A DNA stretch of 64,000 bases from a virus (IMGVR_UViG_3300031413_000001); one strand, 5' to 3'; shown: positions 29,421 to 36,267, counted from the stretch's first letter. Numbers and translations are program-made. The notes: generated by a model not told the origin, from the letters alone.

Positions 29421-29452
29421 GACCCCGGCAGGAAACTGCCGGGGTTTTTCTT
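29421..29452 (+). terminator. Rho-independent terminator
   Basis: accccggcag-gaaa-ctgccggggt followed by a T run. Confidence 0.85.
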
Positions 29453-29545
29453 TACTCTAACGTGCTTTTAGCACACAGCGGAAAAAGATTTAAAGGTCAG
29501 CATTTAGTTGTTGACACAGTAATCGGAAGCTGCTAAACTTTAGAT

Positions 29546-29880
29546 CGGCAGAAGCTTGCTTAGGCATGCAGATGCAGCACGGAGGGAAAGCAATTTTCCT
29601 CAGTGGATTGTAAGACAATTTCCAAGATGAGCCATAGCGCAGACTCAAAGAGTTGTCAAGCAATCAAAGTGGTAAACGCGGAACGAGACTGCGGGATAGC
29701 CACTCTAAATAAACCCAAATGGGCGTAGCCGAGGATGAAATCGGGGGTTAAATTACCCCGAGAGTAAAAATCAGATGGTCTAGTGATAGGCTGTCTCTTA
29801 GGCGAGTTGGGGAAGGAAGTTCCCTGACAGCGGTCAAGCTAGAAGTGCCTAGCAATATAGATCGCATATCACAAACAAAA
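29546..29880 (+). ncRNA. Candidate ~330-nt large structured ncRNA heading the tRNA array
   Basis: Promoter ttgaca 29511 / taaact 29534; ttgcttaggcat/gtgcctagcaa closing helix; several internal hairpins. Confidence 0.55.
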
Positions 29881-29891
29881 GGCCAAAACAT

Positions 29892-29968
29892 CGGGGTATA
29901 GCGCAGTCAGGTAGCGCGTTCGTCTGGGGGACGAGAGGTCGCAGGTTCGAACCCTGCTATCCCGACCA
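29892..29968 (+). tRNA. tRNA-Pro(GGG)
   Basis: Cloverleaf, encoded CCA. Confidence 0.9.
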
Positions 29969-29990
29969 AGCTGGTTAGTCCAGCATACAT

Positions 29991-30073
29991 TCCCGTATGG
30001 TGAAATTGGTAGATACGCTTGGCTGTTAACCAAGTGCGAAAGCGTGGAGGTTCGAGTCCTTCTACGGGAGCCA
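29991..30073 (+). tRNA. tRNA-Asn(GTT) with a long variable arm
   Basis: cttgg-ctgttaa-ccaag; G73; extra gcgaaagc arm. Confidence 0.8.
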
Positions 30074-30095
30074 AGCTGTTAGTCAGCAATAATAT

Positions 30096-30172
30096 CTAGG
30101 TGTGGCCCAATCTGGTAAGGCGTTCCCTTCGGGAGGGAGAGACTGGAGGTTCGAATCCTCTCACCTAGACCA
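30096..30172 (+). tRNA. tRNA-Pro(CGG)
   Basis: Cloverleaf, CCA. Confidence 0.9.
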
Positions 30173-30193
30173 AGCATGTCAGTCATGCACTAT

Positions 30194-30278
30194 GGACACG
30201 TTGAGCAATTGGTTGGCTCACCGCACTCTTAATGCGCCGGACGAAAGTCCCTTGTGGGTTCGAACCCCACCGTGTCCT
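30194..30278 (+). tRNA. tRNA-Lys(CTT) with a long variable arm
   Basis: cgca-ctcttaa-tgcg; ggac-gaaa-gtcc arm. Confidence 0.75.
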
Positions 30279-30282
30279 CTTC

Positions 30283-30357
30283 GGCCCCATCTTCTAATGG
30301 TCAGGAAAGCGGGTTCTCAACCCGACAATCGGAGTTCAATTCTCCGTGGGGTCACCA
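30283..30357 (+). tRNA. tRNA-Glu(CTC)
   Basis: Cloverleaf, CCA. Confidence 0.85.
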
Positions 30358-30377
30358 AGCTGTAAGTCAGCAAACAT

Positions 30378-30453
30378 TGCCCCTTGGCGTAGTTGGTAGC
30401 GCAGCGCACTCTGAATGCGAAGGTGCCTGGTTCGAGACCAGGAGGGGCATCCA
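30378..30453 (+). tRNA. tRNA-Gln(CTG)
   Basis: Cloverleaf, CCA. Confidence 0.85.
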
Positions 30454-30473
30454 AGCTGTTAGGCAGCAAACAT

Positions 30474-30547
30474 TCCCCTGTCGTCTAACGGTAGGACAAC
30501 AGACTCTGACTCTGTTTGTATTGGTTCGAATCCAGTCGGGGGATCCA
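30474..30547 (+). tRNA. tRNA-Gln(CTG), second copy
   Basis: Cloverleaf, CCA. Confidence 0.85.
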
Positions 30548-30567
30548 AGCTGTAAGTCAGCAAACAT

Positions 30568-30641
30568 GGACAATTAGCTCAGTTGGTAGCAGCGACGGTC
30601 TCTTAAACCGTAGGTCCTGGGTTCGAACCCCAGATTGTCCA
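30568..30641 (+). tRNA. tRNA-Lys(CTT)
   Basis: Cloverleaf. Confidence 0.9.
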
Positions 30642-30645
30642 CTCT

Positions 30646-30734
30646 GGAAGATGATTCAGCCTGGGAACGCTGACGGGGATTGCTAATCCTTTGGATCCGA
30701 AAGGATTGGGGTTCGATTCCTCCTTCTTCCGCCA
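30646..30734 (+). tRNA. tRNA-Ser(GCT)
   Basis: Long arm, G73, CCA. Confidence 0.85.
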
Positions 30735-30753
30735 AGCTGTTAGTCAGCAATAT

Positions 30754-30853
30754 GGAAAGTCGTACCGTCGAGGCCGACGGGCTGATGCAAATCATGTAAA
30801 CGCCCGTTCACCCCTACACGGCGTTTGAGGTTCGAGTCCTTCGCTTTCCGCCA
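30754..30853 (+). tRNA. Ser-type tRNA-like RNA with the anticodon loop reduced to a GCAA tetraloop
   Basis: ggaaagt/gctttcc-G-CCA, T loop, long arm, tgat-gcaa-atca. Confidence 0.65.
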
Positions 30854-30854
30854 C

Positions 30855-30926
30855 GCTCCTATAGTGATAATGGTAGCACAGCCCTTTGGTAGGGGGCCGG
30901 CAGAGGTTCGATTCCTCTTGGGAGCA
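30855..30926 (+). tRNA. tRNA-Thr(GGT)
   Basis: Cloverleaf. Confidence 0.85.
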
Positions 30927-30946
30927 CTGACGAAAGTCAACATCAT

Positions 30947-31028
30947 GCGGATATGATGAAACTGGTAGACTTGCAGGCATGAGAGGCCTGTGCCTTCGGG
31001 CGTGTGGGTTCGAGTCCCACTATCCGCA
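30947..31028 (+). tRNA. tRNA-Leu(GAG)
   Basis: Type II cloverleaf. Confidence 0.85.
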
Positions 31029-31034
31029 CTCCAC

Positions 31035-31117
31035 GCTCTGGTGGTGAAATGGTAGACGCAGCGCACTCAAAATGCGCCGGCCGCGAGGTCATGAGGGTTC
31101 GAGTCCCTCCTGGAGCA
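31035..31117 (+). tRNA. tRNA-Leu(CAA)
   Basis: Type II cloverleaf. Confidence 0.9.
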
Positions 31118-31174
31118 CTAGCAAGCTGGGTCCTAAGAGCGCCCTACTTGAGCTGGATAACGACCAGCAAACAT

Positions 31175-31258
31175 GCGGATATGATGGAATTGGTAGACTT
31201 GCTGCACTCAGAATGCAGTGCCCGAAGGGGCGTGGGGGTTCGACTCCCCCTATCCGCA
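31175..31258 (+). tRNA. tRNA-Leu(CAG)
   Basis: Type II cloverleaf. Confidence 0.9.
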
Positions 31259-31259
31259 C

Positions 31260-31390
31260 GGTGAGCCGATTGATATTGGGTTATCTTTCTGCAAAAAAGC
31301 GAGGCTTGGTTCGAATCCAAGTGCGCCCTCAATGTGGGCGTATAGTGTAGTGGTAGCACCGAAAACATCCAGATCTCCACTTGCTCACCA
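31260..31390 (+). ncRNA. YrlA-like Y RNA containing a circularly permuted tRNA-Cys module
   Basis: Outer stem ggtgagc/gctcacc with CCGAUUG / CCACUUG; order is anticodon (GCA), T arm, closed acceptor, D arm. Confidence 0.75.
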
Positions 31391-31394
31391 TTTT

Positions 31395-31465
31395 GCGCCT
31401 GTAGTTAAACGGTATAACGTTCGGCTGATAACCGGATATTGTAGGTTCGATTCCTTCCGGGCGCA
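31395..31465 (+). tRNA. tRNA-Ile(GAT)
   Basis: Cloverleaf. Confidence 0.85.
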
Positions 31466-31469
31466 CTCT

Positions 31470-31548
31470 GCACACCTAGACGAAAGTCGTTTGGAACGAC
31501 AAGGGTCTTTTAAGCCTTGGTCAAAGGGTTCGATTCCCTAGGTGTGCT
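31470..31548 (+). tRNA. tRNA-Lys(TTT), enlarged D region
   Basis: gcacacc/ggtgtgc; cttttaa loop. Confidence 0.75.
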
Positions 31549-31552
31549 CTAT

Positions 31553-31637
31553 GGAAGAGGAAAGTCATCTTGGATATGGCAGTCTGACTGTAAATCAGAT
31601 CCTTCGGGGAGTGGTTCGATTCCGCCCTTTTCCACCA
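31553..31637 (+). tRNA. tRNA-Tyr(GTA)
   Basis: tctga-ctgtaaa-tcaga; CCA. Confidence 0.85.
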
Positions 31638-31654
31638 AGCTGTTAGTCAGCCAT

Positions 31655-31729
31655 ATGGGTGTATGATACAGGTAGTCGACTGGTCTCCAAAACCATGCAG
31701 AGAGGGTTCGAATCCCTCCACCCATGCCA
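31655..31729 (+). tRNA. tRNA-Trp(CCA)
   Basis: ctccaaa loop; G73; CCA. Confidence 0.8.
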
Positions 31730-31750
31730 AGCTGTAAGTCAGCAATCCAC

Positions 31751-31823
31751 GCGAGGTGGGCGGTACAGGTTATCGCACTGGTCTCATAAGCCGGCAAAAC
31801 AGGTTCGAGTCCTGTACTTCGCA
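31751..31823 (+). tRNA. tRNA-Met or Ile2 (CAT)
   Basis: ctcataa loop. Confidence 0.75.
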
Positions 31824-31827
31824 CTAT

Positions 31828-31901
31828 GCAGCCATAGCTCAGTCTGGTAGAGCGGTACCCTGAAAAGGTACGCGTCGTTGGTTCAAATCCAACTGGTTGC
31901 A
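31828..31901 (+). tRNA. tRNA-Phe(GAA)
   Basis: Cloverleaf. Confidence 0.9.
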
Positions 31902-31904
31902 CTA

Positions 31905-31974
31905 GCAGGGACAAGCACCGGTCGCTGACTAGCCTCATAAGCTAGTATTAGATGGTTCGATTCCATCCTCTGCA
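31905..31974 (+). tRNA. tRNA-Met or Ile2 (CAT)
   Basis: ctagc-ctcataa-gctag. Confidence 0.75.
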
Positions 31975-32010
31975 ACTTGACAGACCGATCCTTTGTGCTA
32001 GGAAACCAGC

Positions 32011-32685
32011 ATGAAGGTCACTGCTCATAAATGCCCCTGGAGTGGCAAGCTGTTCGAAGATCCGAAGAAATATCGGAAGCATCTTCGATCACTACGCACT
32101 GAGCATCAGCTCTTGCGAGCCAAGGCACGGGCAACGGCAGATTTCAAACAGTCGTGCGCGCTTCTATATCAGGCGAACACCACAGATGAGATCGTCGAGT
32201 GGCTCAACGAAAACTACATGCAGGTTGCACTGCATTTTGGTCTTGGTTGGAAAACACGAAAGGGCGTTGTTCCTGGACCGGCTGATCGAGTGAGCTTTTC
32301 ATTCGAGAACGTCTACTTCAAGGAAAAGTGCTCAACAAGCCACGCGGCCCCCATTGGTCAAAAGCATACCGGTTGGGGACGACTGGGTAGCGGTGACGAG
32401 ATTGTGATTCCCGAAGAGGGATGGTATGGTCGGATCAGGGCTACCTTTGAGGGCAACGCATACGACTTCTTCGATAGTGACCATCTGAAGAACATTGGTG
32501 TCAACACTGGAAGCGGTGGTGGCGGAAACAATTCACTGGCCTACGAGGTAACTCTCTTCACCAAGGACTTTCCAGGTCTGCGGCGACTTTCATTGTTGAA
32601 CCAACTGGCGATCAACGATGGAAAACTTGGCCTAGATGGCAATGGTGTCGAACGGCAACCAGAGATCAGATCTAGGCGCTGGTAA
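32011..32685 (+). CDS. Hypothetical protein within the tRNA array
   Basis: 224 aa ORF with its own promoter. Confidence 0.75.
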   Translation: MKVTAHKCPWSGKLFEDPKKYRKHLRSLRTEHQLLRAKARATADFKQSCALLYQANTTDEIVEWLNENYMQVALHFGLGWKTRKGVVPGPADRVSFSFENVYFKEKCSTSHAAPIGQKHTGWGRLGSGDEIVIPEEGWYGRIRATFEGNAYDFFDSDHLKNIGVNTGSGGGGNNSLAYEVTLFTKDFPGLRRLSLLNQLAINDGKLGLDGNGVERQPEIRSRRW

Positions 32686-32690
32686 CAAAC

Positions 32691-32762
32691 GGACGATTGG
32701 CGCAGCGGTAGCGCGTTCCCTTGACATGGGAAAGGTCACAGGTTCAATCCCTGTATCGTCCA
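32691..32762 (+). tRNA. tRNA-Val(GAC)
   Basis: Cloverleaf. Confidence 0.9.
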
Positions 32763-32784
32763 CTGATCACTAAGTGATCGCCAT

Positions 32785-32856
32785 GGCGCGTGATGCTAAT
32801 GGCCGGCAGATAGGTTTTCACCCTGTTGTAAGCGGGTTCGATCCCCGTACGCGCTA
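32785..32856 (+). tRNA. tRNA-Glu(TTC)
   Basis: Cloverleaf. Confidence 0.8.
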
Positions 32857-32860
32857 CTTT

Positions 32861-32935
32861 GGACTACTGACGGGAACCGGCATACCTACTCCGCTTAAAA
32901 CGGAGTGTGTCCCGGTTCGAATCCGGGGTGGTCCA
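32861..32935 (+). tRNA. tRNA-Leu(TAA), short variable region
   Basis: ctccg-cttaaaa-cggag. Confidence 0.8.
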
Positions 32936-32941
32936 CTCCAT

Positions 32942-33024
32942 GGAAAGTTTCAGTCCCGGGACGGGATAAGCTGGCTGTAACCCAGTGGCTTCGGCGCGCA
33001 GTTCGACTCTGCAACTTTCCACCA
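32942..33024 (+). tRNA. tRNA-Tyr(GTA)
   Basis: ggaaagt/actttcc; CCA. Confidence 0.8.
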
Positions 33025-33025
33025 T

Positions 33026-33100
33026 GGTCCGTTAGCTCAGCGGTAGAGCATCTCGTTTACACCGAGGCGGTCGGCGGTTCAATCCCGTCACGGACTACCA
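33026..33100 (+). tRNA. tRNA-Val(TAC)
   Basis: Cloverleaf, CCA. Confidence 0.9.
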
Positions 33101-33101
33101 T

Positions 33102-33177
33102 GCCCTTGCCAGCGGATCTGGCCCCGACCGTGCGAAGGTCGGATTTGGATGAGGTTCAACTCCTCTCAAGGGCGCCA
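33102..33177 (+). tRNA. tRNA-Arg(GCG)
   Basis: cgacc-gtgcgaa-ggtcg; CCA. Confidence 0.75.
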
Positions 33178-33178
33178 C

Positions 33179-33250
33179 GGAAGTCTAGCCATCTGGGATG
33201 ACGTCTGCCTCACATGCAGAATTAGGTGAGTTCAATTCTCACGGCTTCCA
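33179..33250 (+). tRNA. tRNA-Val(CAC)
   Basis: tctgc-ctcacat-gcaga. Confidence 0.8.
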
Positions 33251-33254
33251 CTTT

Positions 33255-33323
33255 GCTCTCGCTGGCGGATCCAGCATCGGCCCTGCGAAGGCGGATTGGG
33301 TGGTTCGACTCCACCCGAGAGCG
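33255..33323 (+). tRNA. tRNA-Arg(GCG), second copy
   Basis: gcc-ctgcgaa-ggc. Confidence 0.7.
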
Positions 33324-33348
33324 CGAATATAGACTTATGGCATCCTAG

Positions 33349-33786
33349 ATGTTAGAAGAATATATGAACAACAAAGGTCTGAAAGACCAAACATTCACTT
33401 GTGGGTGTTGCGGTGAAGAGTTCCCCTTTAAGGGTTATTCCTTTACCCATCGGTTTTGCAGTTCTAAATGCGCTGGCGATGCGAAAGCAAAAGCCAAGCG
33501 TGTTGAAGTTGAACAACTGTTCCTTGAGGGAAAGCTAACTGCTCGACCTCACATTTACCAGCTACTGGTAGATAGGGATGGTAACGAATGTTCAGTATGT
33601 AAGATCACAGAGTGGAATGGCCAGTCCATTAGACTTTGGGTCGACCATATTGATGGCGATGCGACCAACAACGCACCGCTAAACTTCCGATTGATTTGTC
33701 CAAATTGCGACAGTCAATCGGATACGTTCGGGGCTCGTAACAAAGGCAACGGACGCAAGTCTCGCGGACTTCCTCAATACGGCTAG
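33349..33786 (+). CDS. HNH homing-type endonuclease
   Basis: CSVC...VDHIDGDATNN...LICPNCDSQ. Confidence 0.9.
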   Translation: MLEEYMNNKGLKDQTFTCGCCGEEFPFKGYSFTHRFCSSKCAGDAKAKAKRVEVEQLFLEGKLTARPHIYQLLVDRDGNECSVCKITEWNGQSIRLWVDHIDGDATNNAPLNFRLICPNCDSQSDTFGARNKGNGRKSRGLPQYG

Positions 33787-33803
33787 ATCGAAAGGGAGGT
33801 CTT

Positions 33804-34013
33804 ATGGACGAAAAACTATTCAATGACATGAATGCTCCAATCACTGCTACTTCGGTAGGATTGTCGTTACTCATTGGTATGCTCCGTGATAATGGTACCA
33901 TTACTAATGAACAGCTCAGCGAGCTTACCCGCATTAGGGAAAGCTTATTGGCTGCTCCTAATGTTGAAGAGCGCAATAAATTGCTTGCAGAGTTGTTAGA
34001 AAGGCTATTATAA
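33804..34013 (+). CDS. Hypothetical protein
   Basis: ggagg RBS. Confidence 0.6.
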   Translation: MDEKLFNDMNAPITATSVGLSLLIGMLRDNGTITNEQLSELTRIRESLLAAPNVEERNKLLAELLERLL

Positions 34014-34024
34014 TAGCCTGATAT

Positions 34025-34095
34025 TGGGATATCCTCTAAGGGTAAGAGATCCGACTGTTAATCGGTCAATCTAGGTTCGAATCCTAGTTTCCCAG
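34025..34095 (+). tRNA. tRNA-Asn(GTT)
   Basis: Cloverleaf, G73. Confidence 0.85.
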
Positions 34096-34173
34096 CAAGT
34101 AGACGAGCCGAAGCAATGAGGGTTATCCTTTTAAGATTCACCCCTCGACCGCATCAACTTGTTCGTCGACTAT

Positions 34174-34246
34174 GTTTGGATAGCCCAGTGGTGAGGCAGG
34201 CGCTCGTGAACAGCGTCGGAGGCAGGTTCGAATCCGGCTCCAAACA
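34174..34246 (+). tRNA. Atypical tRNA, undetermined (loop cgtgaac)
   Basis: gtttgga/tccaaac acceptor; D and T arms present; no U33. Confidence 0.6.
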
Positions 34247-34248
34247 CT

Positions 34249-34346
34249 TCCTGGGGCCGTTGTGGACTGAAACCATCAGCCGGAACTCACAACTAAGCCC
34301 TCGCGAGCAGCCTAATTAACTGCTCAAGCGGCGTGCCCCAGGGACC
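34249..34346 (+). ncRNA. CCA-terminated non-cloverleaf RNA
   Basis: tcctggg/cccaggg-A-CCA; gttgtg/cacaac; gagcag/ctgctc. Confidence 0.5.
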
Positions 34347-34353
34347 AACTACA

Positions 34354-34429
34354 TTGCCCAATTAGCTGTTCGGTACGGCCGCCGTGTTTTGAGCTCGGAA
34401 AGACAAAGGTTCGAATCCTTGTTGGGCAT
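34354..34429 (+). tRNA. tRNA-Gln(TTG)
   Basis: tgcccaa/ttgggca; ttttgag loop. Confidence 0.75.
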
Positions 34430-34485
34430 CCCAGTTGACAAATTGAACAAAGGTGTTAGTTGTGGCTTCCAATAGGAGGTCGTCA

Positions 34486-34944
34486 ATGAATCCCGAGTTT
34501 GATGTCAACATCATCCAGCCCAAGCACATCTCGCTTTTGCGGGAAGTTGCTGATGGCAGGAAGAATTGGCGCGATGGGATCGTTGCACTTTACCGGCGAG
34601 AGCTGGTTGAGTATGATGGCCTCCACGCGGTCAAGATAACGGACCGAGGACGGTTTGCTCTACGGGGCATCTTTCCTGGTGCGATCGTACAAGTCGCCGC
34701 CGCCCACAAGCATTCATTCCTCCATGGAGTGGTTGGTCTTGTGGAGTCCCTGGACGTTCACTTTGTGGACGCTGATGGGATTGACGAGTATGGTTACGTT
34801 ATCAAGCGAGCGCGAGCATCGGCCTCCGCCAGTGTTCGTCTCGCAGATCGACCCGGACAGTGGATCTTCTACAATCCGGAATCGTTGGTTGGCTTTCCCA
34901 AACTGAAGGCCGAGATAAACGAGTATTGGAGAAACGTATGCTAA
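34486..34944 (+). CDS. Hypothetical protein
   Basis: aggagg RBS. Confidence 0.7.
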   Translation: MNPEFDVNIIQPKHISLLREVADGRKNWRDGIVALYRRELVEYDGLHAVKITDRGRFALRGIFPGAIVQVAAAHKHSFLHGVVGLVESLDVHFVDADGIDEYGYVIKRARASASASVRLADRPGQWIFYNPESLVGFPKLKAEINEYWRNVC

Positions 34945-35550
34945 GGGGAACTCGAGTTCTCGTGGGGGCTGAAGCCCGCGCGATGATTCAGATGACCGAT
35001 CTCCTGAGGAGGTTGGTTCACTGAAGCTGGATTTGATGAAGTAATTCTGCCCGCACTGTGGGAACAACAGACCTTCATCGACAAGGCTGGACCGGAAATC
35101 GTCAATCAAATGTGGGCCTTCCAGGATAAGGGAGGTCGAGATGTTTGCTTGATCCCCGAGGCCACTGGTCTCATCCAAGAATTGTGGCGCGACAAGTGGA
35201 AGGGAATGGGGAAGCCCATGAAGATCTTCTACGTGCAACGCTGCTATAGATACGAACGGCCACAAGCCGGACGCTATCGGGAGTTCACGCAATTTGGTGT
35301 GGAGTATCTAGGCGGAAACGCCCAGGACGACCGCCAAGAGGTTGTTGAGCTACTGCGGCGCTGTATGGAAGCAACAGGTGTCAATTGGACGCTCGTTGAT
35401 GCTGTAAAGCGCGGTCTATCCTACTATGTTGAGGATGGCTTTGAAGCTGTCTGCGACCAACTAGGGGCACAGAAACAGGTAGCCGGAGGTGGTAGATACG
35501 CTGAAGGTATTGGTTGGGCCATTGGGCTTGACAGACTGCTTCTGGCCTAA
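34938..35550 (+). CDS. hisS: Minimal histidyl-tRNA synthetase-like catalytic core, split by a +1 frameshift near 35016-35024
   Basis: Motif 2 YRYERPQAGRYREFTQFG, RGLSYY, motif 3 GGGRY..GIGWAIGLDRL; frame-0 stop TGA at 35022. Confidence 0.8.
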
Positions 35551-35560
35551 TAGACAAGAC

Positions 35561-35639
35561 TTTGGGATGGTTGTTCCAGCATACGCAAGAGTGTATGAGA
35601 GGCTAGAGGGTTGCCCTCTTGAAAACCATCCCAAACCCA
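35561..35639 (+). ncRNA. CCA-terminated non-cloverleaf RNA
   Basis: 12-bp tttgggatggtt/aaccatcccaaa-C-CCA enclosing two hairpins. Confidence 0.55.
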
Positions 35640-35640
35640 T

Positions 35641-35713
35641 GGGGACTTAGCTCAGTTGGGAGAGCGACTCGCTGGCAGCGAGTAGGTCAGGGGTTCGACT
35701 CCCCTAGTCTCCA
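35641..35713 (+). tRNA. tRNA-Ala(GGC)
   Basis: Cloverleaf, G3:U70. Confidence 0.9.
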
Positions 35714-35714
35714 C

Positions 35715-35792
35715 TCAACGTAGCAGTTGGATAAGAGAAGATCAGCGCACTGGCTACCACGGCCGGTATTGATGTTCCGCTACGTTGAACCA
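35715..35792 (+). ncRNA. CCA-terminated non-cloverleaf RNA
   Basis: 10-bp tcaacgtagc/gctacgttga-A-CCA; internal actggc/gccggt with a 7-nt loop. Confidence 0.55.
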
Positions 35793-35793
35793 T

Positions 35794-35866
35794 GGCCTAT
35801 GACTCAGCTGGGAAAGAGAACCGCCTGTCTAGCGGAATTTGGTGGGTTCGATTCCCATATAGGTCG
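35794..35866 (+). tRNA. tRNA-Asp(GTC)
   Basis: Cloverleaf, G73. Confidence 0.8.
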
Positions 35867-35919
35867 CGCAGGGAAAGCCGCCGGAACTGGCTTGACACTC
35901 TGAGAGCAGAGAACCAAAT

Positions 35920-35988
35920 GGGGCATCCTCTGGGTGTTGTCGCTGCACTTGCACTGCGGTAGGAAGGGTTCGATTCCCTTATGCTCCA
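35920..35988 (+). tRNA. tRNA-Ala(TGC), weak D arm
   Basis: G3:U70; cttgcac loop. Confidence 0.7.
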
Positions 35989-36010
35989 CTGAACAACTGT
36001 TGTTCTCCAT

Positions 36011-36083
36011 GGTGACCGTGGTGTAGCGGTAACATTTCTGGCCTGTGAAGCCGGAGTCGCGGGTTCGAACCCCGTCGGTCACC
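36011..36083 (+). tRNA. tRNA-His(GTG)
   Basis: Encoded G-1:C73; ctgtgaa loop. Confidence 0.9.
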
Positions 36084-36125
36084 CCTTCTAATTGACAGCA
36101 CGGCAACGTGGTGTTAGTTTGATAA

Positions 36126-36267
36126 TGTTGCTGATGCAGCTTGAGAGGATGGTCTTAAAAAGCCAGTGCCCTTGGGTCGCTATACGGTCGAGCAATAGGG
36201 ACAAGATTACCCGGACGTGAAAGCGTGGTGAGGTTGCGTCGCTGGCGAGAGGATCCGGTTGGCAACA
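36126..36267 (+). ncRNA. Candidate structured ncRNA
   Basis: Promoter ttgaca at 36092; closing stem tgttgctga/ttggcaaca. Confidence 0.4.

Larger units (their letters stand above)
29970..31743 (+). repeat. Repeated post-CCA spacer hairpin GCTG-T(T/A)AGT-CAGC (about 9-10 copies)
   Basis: Copies at 29970, 30075, 30174, 30359, 30455, 30549, 30736, 31639, 31731; variant at 31152. Confidence 0.85.

Noticed and set aside
30754-30853. tRNA-Sec (selC)
   Set aside because: No TCA anticodon, and the acceptor/T stems do not fit the 8/5 fold
31260-31390. Spliced permuted tRNA-Cys as the only Cys tRNA
   Set aside because: A normal tRNA-Cys exists at 37098, no clear bulge-helix-bulge is seen, and the termini look like a Y RNA stem; kept only as an alternative
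29970-31743. CRISPR array
   Set aside because: The repeat is only 13-15 nt, the intervening sequences are tRNAs, and no cas genes are present
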